Shown here: positions 33,215-42,520 of the stretch, piece after piece
Numbering within the stretch: position 1 is the stretch's first letter
Layout of the letters: each line of letters opens with the position of its first letter
Assembly: GCA_963753435.1 (NCBI GenBank)
Contig: CAVWCF010000001.1
Coordinates: 1,472,001-1,536,000, forward strand
DNA length: 64,000 nucleotides
Reading direction: 5' to 3'
Source of the DNA: an uncultured Actinomycetota bacterium
GTDB lineage: Bacteria > Actinomycetota > Actinomycetes > CAVWCF01
Position numbers and translations under genes: made by a program
The notes under the pieces: generated by a model
The model's database searches: none
What the model saw: the letters and a program-made list of their open reading frames with translations, nothing else
What the model was told of the DNA's origin: nothing

Positions 33215-34068
33215 GCGGTGACCTCGACCCGCTCCCCGCGCATCAACAGGTAGGCGTCCTCCAGCGTCGGCTCCACCAGTTCCGCGCCCACCGGAGCGGT
33301 GCCGACGTGCCGGAAGCGGCCTGTGCCGGTTCGCCACTGCGCCAACGCCGACGGGTCGGGGGAGTCGGCCATCCACACGTTGCCGGTCGCCGTGCTCACC
33401 AGGTCGATCACCCCACCGTCGAACATGATCCGACCGGAGTCCATGACTACGACCCGGTCACACAGAGCGGCGACGTCTTCGGTCTGATGCGTGGACACCA
33501 GGACGGTTGCGTGCTGGCCCAGCCCGGAGAGGATCGTGCGCAGGCTCGCCCGTTGCTCCGGGTCCAGGCCGGTCGTCGGCTCATCGAGGATGAGCAGTTC
33601 CGGTGTTCCCAGGAGCGCCTGAGCCATTCCGAGTCGACGCCGCATGCCACCGGACAAACGCCGGATCTTCTTGGCGGAGACGTCGGCAAGGCCGACCGCT
33701 TCCAGAGCCCGACGCACCTCGGCGTGCCGCGACGCCTTGTCGTCCCACTCCTTCAGCACGGCCATGTAGTCCACGAAGCCGAACGCGGTGAACCCGCGCG
33801 GGAATCCCAGCTCCTGGGGGAGGTAGCCAAGTCGCCTGCGGACCTCGGTGCGCTCCGACAGGGAGGAGATGTCGCGGCCGAGCAGGCGAACATCGCCGGC
33901 ATCCGGGGCGAGCACAGTTGACGCGACGCGCAGCAGCGTCGTCTTGCCGGCGCCGTTGGGACCGAGCAGCCCGGTCACACCGGGACGCAACACCAGCGAG
34001 ACGTTGTCCAGGGCGGTCGTGGAACGGAAGCGTTGGGTCACATTCGTGAGCTCGGCGGTGCCGTTCAT
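33211..34068 (-). CDS. ABC transporter ATP-binding protein (exporter type)
   Basis: GPNGAGKT, LSGGMRRR, ILDEPTTGLD, STH. Confidence 0.95.
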   Translation of the reverse strand: MNGTAELTNVTQRFRSTTALDNVSLVLRPGVTGLLGPNGAGKTTLLRVASTVLAPDAGDVRLLGRDISSLSERTEVRRRLGYLPQELGFPRGFTAFGFVDYMAVLKEWDDKASRHAEVRRALEAVGLADVSAKKIRRLSGGMRRRLGMAQALLGTPELLILDEPTTGLDPEQRASLRTILSGLGQHATVLVSTHQTEDVAALCDRVVVMDSGRIMFDGGVIDLVSTATGNVWMADSPDPSALAQWRTGTGRFRHVGTAPVGAELVEPTLEDAYLLMRGERVEVTA

Positions 34069-34898
34069 CCGATCCTCCAGTCAGTTGCCAAGTGCTTGAG
34101 CCGGGTGGTGAAGACGAGCCCGGCGACCAGGGCGATCACCGTGTACGTCACTAGTGCTGTCGTGTCGTACAGCGCCGACGGTTCCCGGCGGACCAGTGCC
34201 GGAAGGCTGACGGCGAGCCAGACCGCGGCGATTCCGGTCGCGGCGTAGGTGGGCGGCATGTACGTCGCCGCGGCCAGGGTCGTCAGCACGAAAGCCAGGG
34301 CCGGCAGTAGCCACACGACGGACAGCCACCACGGCCCCTCGATCGGAACTGCCGCCGCGATCGTCAGCGGCACGCAGGTCGCAACGACAAGACCGGTGCG
34401 CATCAGCAGCAGCCGGATCTTGGAGTACGGCGCGGACAGCGTGATCTCATGCGTCGGATCCGTCTCGGCGCCGTAGGCGGCCGCAACGCCAGCCATCGGC
34501 AGCAGCGGCGCGGCCAGGATCAGCAGCGAGAGCGCTCTGGTCGGCGTCCACAGCGCAGCGCTGATGCTGAACAACCCGACCAGCGCGATGGCCGTCAGCC
34601 AGGCACCGGTCAACGCGGGCGAGGTGGACAGCAGGATCGCGTCGGTCTCCTTGATTCCTAGGCGCCGGAGTGCGCGGCCGACCGGATTCAACTGTTGCGG
34701 CTCAATCTGTTCGCGGATGGCCATCCAGGTGTCGTCCAGTTCCGGGGCCAGCACCGGGCCCGGTTGCTGAACCGCGACCGCGGCACGGCATTGCGGGCAG
34801 GACATCAGGTGCTGCTCGACCGACGCCGACATGGCCATGGTTGTGGTTCCCTCGACCCAGGCGCGCAGCGCCGGCTCGGGGACGTGCCAATCGCTCAT
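34065..34898 (-). CDS. zf-HC2 membrane anti-sigma factor
   Basis: EQHLMSCPQC (HxxxCxxC) followed by multiple TM helices. Confidence 0.88.
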   Translation of the reverse strand: MSDWHVPEPALRAWVEGTTTMAMSASVEQHLMSCPQCRAAVAVQQPGPVLAPELDDTWMAIREQIEPQQLNPVGRALRRLGIKETDAILLSTSPALTGAWLTAIALVGLFSISAALWTPTRALSLLILAAPLLPMAGVAAAYGAETDPTHEITLSAPYSKIRLLLMRTGLVVATCVPLTIAAAVPIEGPWWLSVVWLLPALAFVLTTLAAATYMPPTYAATGIAAVWLAVSLPALVRREPSALYDTTALVTYTVIALVAGLVFTTRLKHLATDWRIG

Positions 34899-35443
34899 GT
34901 CAGACCTCCCGCCAGAGTGGCTCGCATCTGCTGCTTTGCGCGCATGGCGCGGGTCTTCACCGTGCCCTCGGGGATGCCGAGCAATCTGGACGCCTCCTTG
35001 GTGGTCAAGCCGTCCAACACCGTCGCCTGCATGACCGCACGGAACTCCGGCGACAGTTGGGCCATGGCAGCGCCGACGTCGCCGTACTCCACCCCGAGCA
35101 GAACCAGGTCCTCAGCGGCCGGCTCCCGGCCGGTGTCGACCTCATCCAGAAGCTGCGCGGCGACCTTGCGGCCGCGCAGGTGCGAGATGAGGCGGCGGAT
35201 CCCGATGCCCCACAGCCAAGCGGCGACGTCGCCGTCGCCGCGGAACCGTTTGGCGCCCTTCCAGGCCGCTACGAAGGTGTCCTGCAGCACGTCCGCCACC
35301 ACCTCCGGGTCGTTGCACCGACGCCGCAGCCGCACGGTGAGCCAGGGTGCGTGCGCCTCGTAGAGCAGCCGCAACGCTCCGGCGTCGCCGTCCGCCACCG
35401 CAGCCAGCAGGTCGCGGTCGGAACGGATCGGTAGATCCCCCAC
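34895..35443 (-). CDS. ECF RNA polymerase sigma factor
   Basis: DVLQDTF, AAWLWGI (region 2), LGIPEGTVKTR (region 4). Start GTG 35443. Confidence 0.92.
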   Translation of the reverse strand: MGDLPIRSDRDLLAAVADGDAGALRLLYEAHAPWLTVRLRRRCNDPEVVADVLQDTFVAAWKGAKRFRGDGDVAAWLWGIGIRRLISHLRGRKVAAQLLDEVDTGREPAAEDLVLLGVEYGDVGAAMAQLSPEFRAVMQATVLDGLTTKEASRLLGIPEGTVKTRAMRAKQQMRATLAGGLT

Positions 35444-35526
35444 GTCCGGATTGTCGCGACCGGGGGGCGGTTCGGTTCCCCACTTGCCCGATTGGGTTGC
35501 CTCGATCGCCTGCTGCCGCTGGACCC

Positions 35527-35610
35527 GCGCGGAACCGCAACATTTGCGCGGAACCGCAACCTCTGCGCGGAATCGCATCTGGTCCGGGTGCGATTCGGCT
35601 TCCAGGTTGC
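35527..35610. repeat. Three 19-nt tandem repeats merging into an imperfect palindrome
   Basis: GCGCGGAACCGCAACATTT / GCGCGGAACCGCAACCTCT / GCGCGGAATCGCATCTGGT; GCAACCT-N7-GAATCGCA-N11-TGCGATTC-N7-AGGTTGC. Confidence 0.8.
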
Positions 35611-35680
35611 TCTCTGGCCCCACGTAGGCAGCCCGAAACGGCCGTCCAGAAGTCACCGAAACGTCGGGTACGATTTGTCA

Positions 35681-35807
35681 GACGTTTACGCGACTTGGTG
35701 ATCATTTCGGTCGTGACAGACGTACTCAGGCCCCTCCGAGCCCTGATGCGCAGGTGGCGGATGGCGGATCCTGGTCGAACCCTTCTTGACCAGGACCGCC
35801 GCCGCCA
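35681..35807 (+). ncRNA. Candidate small RNA with C-rich-loop hairpins
   Basis: TACGAT -10 at 35669-35674; TCAGG/CCTGA stem with CCCCTCC loop; long stem 35755-35807 with CCCTTC loop; no credible ORF. Confidence 0.4.
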
Positions 35808-35825
35808 GGTGGAGCGGGACGCGGG

Positions 35826-36606
35826 CTAGTCGAACGGCCGGCGGTCGCGCAGTACCGGGAACTCCGCACGCCAGCGGCGGGTTTCGCCCAGGTCGAGGTC
35901 GGCGGTGATCACCTCGGGATCCGTGCCTGCTTCGGCGACGACTTCGCCGCGCGCGTCCACGATCGCGGAACGGCCCCCAAGCACGACCCGGCCCTGCTGT
36001 CCCACCGTGTTGCACCCGACGACGACCGCTTGGTTCTCGATCGCCCGGGCGCGCAGCAGCACCGACCAGTGTGAGATGCGCCGCTGCGGCCAGGCGGCCG
36101 GCACCAGGATGAGTTCGGCGCCGGCGTCGGTAAGTGCGCGGAACAACTCGGGGAAGCGCAGGTCGTAGCAGGTGGCCAAGCCGATGATGCCCAGATCCGT
36201 ATTGGCCGTCACCACCTGCGTGCCGGCGGTGAGCAACTCTGGCTCCCCGGTGTCGAAACCGAACAAGTGGATCTTGCGATACGTCGCGGCCAGCGAACCG
36301 TCCGGTGCGAACAGCAACGAAGTGTTGTGCAACTGGCCCTGGTCGGTTCGTTCGAGGATGGAACCTCCGTGCACCCAGCAGCCCAGGTCGCGAGCCGCAG
36401 CCGATAAGGCAGCGGCAGTGGGTCCGTCCAGCGGCTCGGCTCGCTGCTGCCAGTGCTCGTACTCGAACCCACCGGCAGGCCACAACTCCGGCAGGACGAC
36501 CAGGTCGGCGCCCCGCTGCTTGCGCAACCAATGCCAGCGTCGAATCCAGCAGACCGGCTGGGCCCAGCGAATAGTCGGGGCCCAGTTGAACAAGCGCCAC
36601 TCGCAT
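35826..36606 (-). CDS. Carbon-nitrogen hydrolase (nitrilase family) with a +1 frameshift at ~36512
   Basis: MRVALVQL in one frame; DLVVLPELW, YRKIHLF, TCYDLRFPE, RARAIENQ in another. One extra base in a G4 run. Confidence 0.85.
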
Positions 36607-36661
36607 GGCGGCAGTCTCGCGCATTCGCTAGGTTTCCGACTGTCGCTAGGAAGGAGCGGTT

Positions 36662-37063
36662 ATGGACCTGGGCCCGCTGGAAATGGTGGTCATCGCATTC
36701 CCTGAAGAACGCGTAGACCCCTCGGTCGTTTCGGAGTTCGCCGACGTCGTGGCGGCCGGAGCCGTGACCGTCATCGACTTGGTAATGGTCCGCAAGTCGG
36801 GCGATGGGTCGATGCAGATCGAGGAGTTCGACGTCGCCGAGGGCGATGGTGAAAGCTTGTCCGAGCGTGTCGACCTGGTCTCGGCGGAAGACTGTGAGGC
36901 GGTCGCCGAAGGCCTCGAACCCGGAACCTGTGCGGCGGTGATCGTCTTCGAACAGACCTGGGCCAAACCGTTCGCCGCTGCCGTGTCTCGCGCCGGCGGC
37001 GAGGTCGCCGCTCGGCTGGCCATCCCGTATGACGTCGTCCAGGCCGCAGCCGCGGCCGTCTGA
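36662..37063 (+). CDS. DUF6325/DUF1269-like protein
   Basis: LGPLEMVVIAFP, VIDLVMVRK, LEPGTCAAVIVFEQTWA. Confidence 0.75.
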   Translation: MDLGPLEMVVIAFPEERVDPSVVSEFADVVAAGAVTVIDLVMVRKSGDGSMQIEEFDVAEGDGESLSERVDLVSAEDCEAVAEGLEPGTCAAVIVFEQTWAKPFAAAVSRAGGEVAARLAIPYDVVQAAAAAV

Positions 37064-37074
37064 GAGGAGACCTA

Positions 37075-37392
37075 ATGCCCCGTCGAGTGGGACGCCCCGG
37101 CCTCGTGGGCACCATGGCCCGTACTGCCGTGGTCGCCGGCACCGCCAGCGCCACGGTGAACGCTGTGAACCGTCGGTCCGCTGGCAAGCAGCAGCAGGCC
37201 GCCGACGCTGCCGCCTACCAGCAGCAGGCGCAGGCCGAACAGATGCAGGCCATGCAAGCGCCGGTGGCGCCAGCAGCGCCAGCAGAGGACCCGGCGACGG
37301 CGAAACTGAAGGAGTTGGCGTCGTTGCACGCCTCCGGAATCCTGAGCGATGAGGAGTTCGCGGCCGCAAAGGCCAAAGCGCTAGGAATCTGA
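37075..37392 (+). CDS. SHOCT domain protein
   Basis: PGLVGTMARTAVVAGTA, Q/A-rich linker, LKELASLHASGILSDEEFAAAKAKAL. Confidence 0.85.
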   Translation: MPRRVGRPGLVGTMARTAVVAGTASATVNAVNRRSAGKQQQAADAAAYQQQAQAEQMQAMQAPVAPAAPAEDPATAKLKELASLHASGILSDEEFAAAKAKALGI

Positions 37393-37461
37393 GCGGGCGC
37401 GCCTCGCCGCAGTAATCGGGCGGCGAACTTGGCGCCCATAGTTGTGTCGCAACGTCCGCGG

Positions 37462-38862
37462 CTAGAACGTCGAGCCGAGGGCGGGGTCGGCGAGCAGCGC
37501 GGCCACGTCGGCGAGGAATCGCGACCCGCGGGCGCCGTCGATGAATCGGTGGTCGAAGGACAGCGTCAACTGCGCGACCATCCGCGGCCGGACCTTGCCC
37601 TTGTGCACCCAGGCTCGTTCGCGCCACGCGCCTGCGGCCAGGATCGCCGCCTCGCCGGGGTTGATCAGTGGCGTGCCGCCATCCACACCGAACACACCGA
37701 TGTTGGTGATGGTGAATGTCGAGCCGCTCAGTTGCGCCGGAGTGAGGCGATCCTCCCGTGCGGACCGAACGAGTTCGTCCAAAGCAGTGGCTAACTCCGG
37801 CAGGGACAACCGGTCCGCACGCGGCACATGCGGCACGACCAACCCGCGTGGACCTGCGACCGCGATCCCCAGGTTCACCTCGTCCCGGATGACCACCTCG
37901 GAAGCTTCGGAATCGAAGTAGGCGTTGATCTCCGGCGTTCGCCTTACCGCCTGCAAACAGGCGCGGGCAACCAGCAGCAGCGGTGAAATGTGGTGGCCGG
38001 CGAATCCGGGGGTGTTCCGCAACCGGCGCAGCAGCTTGGTGGCGCGGGTCACGTCCACCTCGACCCACTCGGTGACGTGGGGGATGGTGAAGGCCGACTC
38101 GACCATGGCCTCGGCCATGCGCCGCTGCACCCCGCGGACCGGGATGCGTCGTTCGGGGACCGCGCTGATGGTCCCGATGAGGGGCTCGTCCCGGATCGCC
38201 GGGACCGGCGCCGCAGCCGCTTGTTGCTCCGCGGCCACAAACGTTGGTGTCGCCTGCTCCTGTGCTGACCGCCCCGCGGCCGCTTCGACATCCTCGCGGG
38301 TGACGATGCCCTCCGGTCCGGTCGCAGTGACGTCGCCCAAGTCGACGCCAAGCTCCTTCGCCCGGCGTCGTACCGGCGGCTTGGCCCGCACGGTCTCCAC
38401 ATGCCGGGCGGCGGCGGCCGCCACCTCGGCGCCGCCGTGGCGGACCGGCTGATCGGTTCGCACTGCCTGACCGAGGCGCCGACGTCGACGGGTGCCGCTG
38501 CCGACGACGCCGTAACCAACGAGCAGCGGGCCGCTGCCCTCACTCTGGTCCTCCGTGGTTGGCGAGGCTTCCGGCACCGTCGCCGGCGCCGGGGCAGCGT
38601 CTGCACTCTTCTCGGCGGCCGGCTGCGTCGTGTCAATGCTGATCAGCGGCGCACCGACCGGCACCACTTCACCGACAGCGGCACGCAGTTCGGCAACCAC
38701 TCCCGCGAACGGGCTGGGTAGTTCGACTGCCGCCTTCGCGGTCTCCACTTCGACCAACGGCTGGTTGACGACGACCTCGTCGCCAACGTCGACCAACCAA
38801 CGCAGGACCTCGCCGTCGGTGAGGCCCTCACCGACATCGGGAAGCAGAAACACCTGTCGCAT
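37462..38862 (-). CDS. 2-oxoacid dehydrogenase E2 (dihydrolipoamide acyltransferase)
   Basis: Lipoyl motif EVETAKA, E3-binding PPVRRRAKELGVDL, DHRFIDG. Confidence 0.95.
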   Translation of the reverse strand: MRQVFLLPDVGEGLTDGEVLRWLVDVGDEVVVNQPLVEVETAKAAVELPSPFAGVVAELRAAVGEVVPVGAPLISIDTTQPAAEKSADAAPAPATVPEASPTTEDQSEGSGPLLVGYGVVGSGTRRRRRLGQAVRTDQPVRHGGAEVAAAAARHVETVRAKPPVRRRAKELGVDLGDVTATGPEGIVTREDVEAAAGRSAQEQATPTFVAAEQQAAAAPVPAIRDEPLIGTISAVPERRIPVRGVQRRMAEAMVESAFTIPHVTEWVEVDVTRATKLLRRLRNTPGFAGHHISPLLLVARACLQAVRRTPEINAYFDSEASEVVIRDEVNLGIAVAGPRGLVVPHVPRADRLSLPELATALDELVRSAREDRLTPAQLSGSTFTITNIGVFGVDGGTPLINPGEAAILAAGAWRERAWVHKGKVRPRMVAQLTLSFDHRFIDGARGSRFLADVAALLADPALGSTF

Positions 38863-38867
38863 CGGAA

Positions 38868-39849
38868 TCAGTACGCCATGGCCCGGTCGACTCCGTCCAG
38901 GATTCGGTCCAAATCCGGAAGGTAGTGCTTCTCAATGCGGCTCGGGGGGTAGGGCACGTCCCAACCGCCGACGCGGATCACCGGAGCCTGGAGGTTGTAG
39001 AAGCACTCCTCATGCACCCGGGCGGCGACCTCGGCACCCAGACCGAGGAACACCGGCGCCTCGTGGACCACGACGCAGCGACCGGTGCTCGTAACGCTGT
39101 CGGTCACCGTCTCCAGGTCCAGCGGTGACAGCGAACGCAGGTCGACCACCTCGATGTCGACGCCGTCCTCGGCGGCGGCTTCGGCCGCCTCCAGGCAGGT
39201 GCGCACCATCGGTCCGTAGGCGATGACGGTGACGTCGGTGCCGGTGCGGACCACCTGCGCACGGTGCAGCTCAGGTGCCGCAGCCAGCGGCGCATCCACG
39301 TCCACGTCGGCCTTGTCCCAGTACCGCCGCTTCGGCTCCAAGAACACAACCGGATCCGCGCTGGCCACTGACTGTTGAATCATCCAATAGGCATCCGCCG
39401 GGTTCGCCGGCGTGACCACGCGCAAGCCCGGCGTGTGCGCGAAGTAGGCCTCCGGGCTTTCGGAGTGGTGTTCCACCGCGCCGATTCCACCGCCGTAGGG
39501 GATGCGGATCGTGACCGGCAGACGGGACGCTGCCGCCGGAGCGCGCGTGCATCTTGGCCAACTGGCTGGTGATCTGGTCGAACGCGACGTACACGAAGCC
39601 GTCGAACTGAATCTCGCACACCGGTCGGTAGCCGCGGATCGCCAGCCCGATCGCGGTGCCCACGATGCTGCTTTCGGCCAACGGGGTGTCGATGACCCGG
39701 TGGTCGCCGAACGCCTGCTGCAGGCCATCGGTAACTCGGAACACGCCGCCCAGTCGGCCGATGTCCTCACCCATGAGCAGCACGCGGTCGTCGTGCTCCA
39801 GGCTGCGGCGCAGACCGTGGTTGATGGCTTGCGCGAGCGTCAGCTCCAC
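38868..39849 (-). CDS. 2-oxoacid dehydrogenase E1 beta with a +1 frameshift at ~39525
   Basis: MGEDIGRLGGVFRVT, DTPLAES, EIQFDGF in one frame; PVTIRIPYGGG, EHHSES, DLRSLSPLD in another. Confidence 0.9.
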
Positions 39850-39852
39850 GGC

Positions 39853-40977
39853 TCAGCCCTCGTCGTCCACGAATGACGCCAGGTACTGCGCGTACTGGTC
39901 CCGTTCGGCGTCAACCAGCGGGTGGGGCTCGGAGTAGATGTCGGTGAACATGTCCAACGGCTCGGGGTCCGGTAAGGCGCGGACCGCGTCGCGCAGCCGC
40001 ACCGCCAGCGCCTCGGCCTCGGCGTCGACCGCGGCTATCCCGTCGGAGTCGACCAGGCCGTTCTTGAAGAGGAATGAGCGCATCCGTTCCAGCGGATCGC
40101 GCAGGCGCCAACGTTCGACGTCGGAACTCAGGCGATAGCGGGTGGGGTCGTCCGATGTCGTGTGCGCGCCCATCCGGTAGGTGAAGGCCTCGATGAGGTG
40201 CGGCCCGCCGGTGCCGCGCACTTCGTCCAGCACCTGCCGGGTCACGGCCAAGGTGGCCAGCACGTCATTGCCGTCCACCCGGACCCCCGGGAAGCCAAAG
40301 CCGTTGGCCCGCCGGTACAGCGGGATGCGTGTCTGCCGTTCCAGCGGCTCGGAGATGGCCCATTGGTTGTTCTGGCAGAAGAACAGCACCGGCGCGTTGA
40401 AGACGCTGGCCCAGATGAACGACTCGTTGACGTCGCCTTGGCTGGAGGCGCCGTCCCCGAAGAAGACCATCGCGGCCTCGTCGGTCCCCTCCATTGCCGC
40501 GCCCATGGCCCAACCGACGGCCTGCGGGCACTGGTCGCCGATGACGATCGTGTAGAGCGCAAACCGGTGTTCAACCGGGTCCCAGCCGCCGTTGGTGGTC
40601 CCACGGAACAGCCCCAGCAGCGTGAGCGGGTCCACGTCCCGGCACCACGCGACCCCGTGCTCGCGGTACGTGGGAAAGATGAAGTCCTGCGGCGCTGCGG
40701 CCCGACCGGCGCCGACTTGAGCTGCCTCCTGACCCAGCAGGCTGGCCCACAGCCCGAGTTCCCCCTGACGCTGCAGCGCCGTGGCTTCGGTGTCGATGCG
40801 CCGGACCAGGACCAGGTCCCGATAAAGCGACCGGTATTCGTCGTCGGTCAGGGACACGTCGTACTGCGGGTGGTGGACTCGCTCGCCCTCCGGGGTGAGC
40901 AACTGGACCAGTTCGGCGGGGGTGCCGGTGTCCACGAGCCCACTGAACCACCGCTGGTCGCCCTGGGGAAGGTCCAC
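39853..40977 (-). CDS. 2-oxoacid (pyruvate or branched-chain) dehydrogenase E1 alpha
   Basis: GQEAAQVG, PTYREHG, FGDGA...QNNQWAIS TPP motif, YRMGAHTTSDDP. Confidence 0.95.
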   Translation of the reverse strand: MDLPQGDQRWFSGLVDTGTPAELVQLLTPEGERVHHPQYDVSLTDDEYRSLYRDLVLVRRIDTEATALQRQGELGLWASLLGQEAAQVGAGRAAAPQDFIFPTYREHGVAWCRDVDPLTLLGLFRGTTNGGWDPVEHRFALYTIVIGDQCPQAVGWAMGAAMEGTDEAAMVFFGDGASSQGDVNESFIWASVFNAPVLFFCQNNQWAISEPLERQTRIPLYRRANGFGFPGVRVDGNDVLATLAVTRQVLDEVRGTGGPHLIEAFTYRMGAHTTSDDPTRYRLSSDVERWRLRDPLERMRSFLFKNGLVDSDGIAAVDAEAEALAVRLRDAVRALPDPEPLDMFTDIYSEPHPLVDAERDQYAQYLASFVDDEG

Positions 40978-41023
40978 CGCCCGCGCGCCGGTGCCGGAGC
41001 GTCAGTACGGAACAATGCGGCCC

Positions 41024-42445
41024 GTGGAACCAATCGCCAACGTCCTGGCCGCCCGCTACGCAAGTGCCGAGATGGCGGCGCTTTGGGCGCCGGCGAACAA
41101 GGTGGTGCTGGAGCGCCAACTCTGGGTCGCGGTGCTGCGAGCCCAGGCCGAGTTGGGGGTGCAGGTCCCGGACGGTGCGATCGAGGCCTACGAGAAGGCG
41201 ATCGATCAGGTGGACCTGGATGCGATCGCGGCGCGGGAGCGGGTCACCCGTCACGACGTGAAGGCGCGGATCGAAGAGTTCAACTCCATCGCCGGGTTCG
41301 AACAGATCCACAAGGGCATGACCAGCCGCGACCTGACCGAGAACGTCGAACAACTGCAGATCCGGTCGGCGTTGGTGCTGGTTCGGCACCGCGTGGTTGC
41401 GGTGTTGGCGCGGTTGGGGTCGCTGGCGGAGCAGCACCGCGACACCGTGATGGCCGGGCGCTCGCACAACGTGGCCGCGCAGGCCACGACGCTGGGCAAG
41501 CGATTCGCGTCGGCGGCGGAGGAGTTGATGCTGGCGCTGGACCGTCTGGACGACCTGATCGAGCGTTACCCGCTGCGCGGCGTCAAGGGCCCGGTCGGGA
41601 CGTCGCAGGACATGCTCGACCTGCTCGGCGGGGACACCGATCGGCTGGCGGATCTGGAGGCCGGCGTTGCCGAGCACCTGGGGTTCGAGGAGGTGCTCGA
41701 CAGCGTCGGGCAGGTCTACCCGCGGTCGCTGGATCTCGACGTCGTCGCCGCCTTGGTGCAGATGGCGGCGGGTCCGTCCTCGCTGGCGACGTCGATCCGG
41801 CTGATGGCCGGGCACGAGTTGGTCACCGAGGGTTTCGCCGAGGGACAGGTCGGTTCGTCGGCCATGCCGCACAAGATGAACACCCGCTCGTGCGAACGGG
41901 TCAACGGCTTGGCGGTGGTGCTGCGCGGCTACCTGTCCATGGTGTCGGAGTTGGCCGGGGCGCAATGGAACGAAGGCGATGTCTTCTGTTCGGTGGTGCG
42001 CCGGGTGGCGCTACCGGACGCCTTCTTCGCCATCGACGGGTTGTTCGAGACGTTCCTTACGGTGCTGGACGAGTTCGGCGCATTCGGTGCGGTGATCGAA
42101 CGCGAACTGGCGCGGTACCTGCCGTTCCTGGCGTCGACGAAGGTCCTGATGGCCGCGGTCAAGGCCGGCGCCGGCCGGGAGGAGGCGCACGCGGCCATCA
42201 AGGAGCACGCCGTGGCGGTCGCCCTGGATCTGCGGGCCGGGGCGGAACGCAACGACCTGGTCGAGCGGCTGGCCGCAGACGAACGGCTACCCCTGGACCA
42301 GGCCGAGTTGGACGCGTTGCTGGCCGACCCCAAGCAGTTCACCGGAGCCGCCGGGGACCAGGTCGACCGAGTGGTCAGCCTCATCGCGGCCGTGGTCGCG
42401 GAGGACCCGGAGGCGGCCGCCTACACCCCGTCCCCGATCCTCTGA
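41024..42445 (+). CDS. purB: Adenylosuccinate lyase
   Basis: NVLAARYAS, TRHDVKA, GSSAMPHKMN. Start GTG 41024 or ATG 41015. Confidence 0.96.
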   Translation: MEPIANVLAARYASAEMAALWAPANKVVLERQLWVAVLRAQAELGVQVPDGAIEAYEKAIDQVDLDAIAARERVTRHDVKARIEEFNSIAGFEQIHKGMTSRDLTENVEQLQIRSALVLVRHRVVAVLARLGSLAEQHRDTVMAGRSHNVAAQATTLGKRFASAAEELMLALDRLDDLIERYPLRGVKGPVGTSQDMLDLLGGDTDRLADLEAGVAEHLGFEEVLDSVGQVYPRSLDLDVVAALVQMAAGPSSLATSIRLMAGHELVTEGFAEGQVGSSAMPHKMNTRSCERVNGLAVVLRGYLSMVSELAGAQWNEGDVFCSVVRRVALPDAFFAIDGLFETFLTVLDEFGAFGAVIERELARYLPFLASTKVLMAAVKAGAGREEAHAAIKEHAVAVALDLRAGAERNDLVERLAADERLPLDQAELDALLADPKQFTGAAGDQVDRVVSLIAAVVAEDPEAAAYTPSPIL

Positions 42446-42520
42446 CCCCGCATCAGAGCACCCCTGATCGCATCTAGTTGGAGTTTGGCTACACAGTCCT
42501 ACCGGCCGAGGAGTCACAGG

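Noticed and set aside
35527-35583. Possible CRISPR array
   Set aside because: Units are contiguous 19-mers without unique spacers, only three copies, and no cas genes
36662-37392. DUF6325-SHOCT pair as a novel system
   Set aside because: Common actinobacterial gene pair; nothing distinctive here
40162-42477. 771-aa plus-strand ORF, and similar long ORFs at 5495-7066, 21230-22789, 36209-38068, 44190-45512 and 52953-54500
   Set aside because: Off-frame or antisense to well-supported genes, with R/G/P/A-rich non-coding composition
42445-42520. Purine or ZTP riboswitch ahead of the pur genes
   Set aside because: Intergenic gaps before purB, purC, purS and purF are short and show no recognisable aptamer consensus
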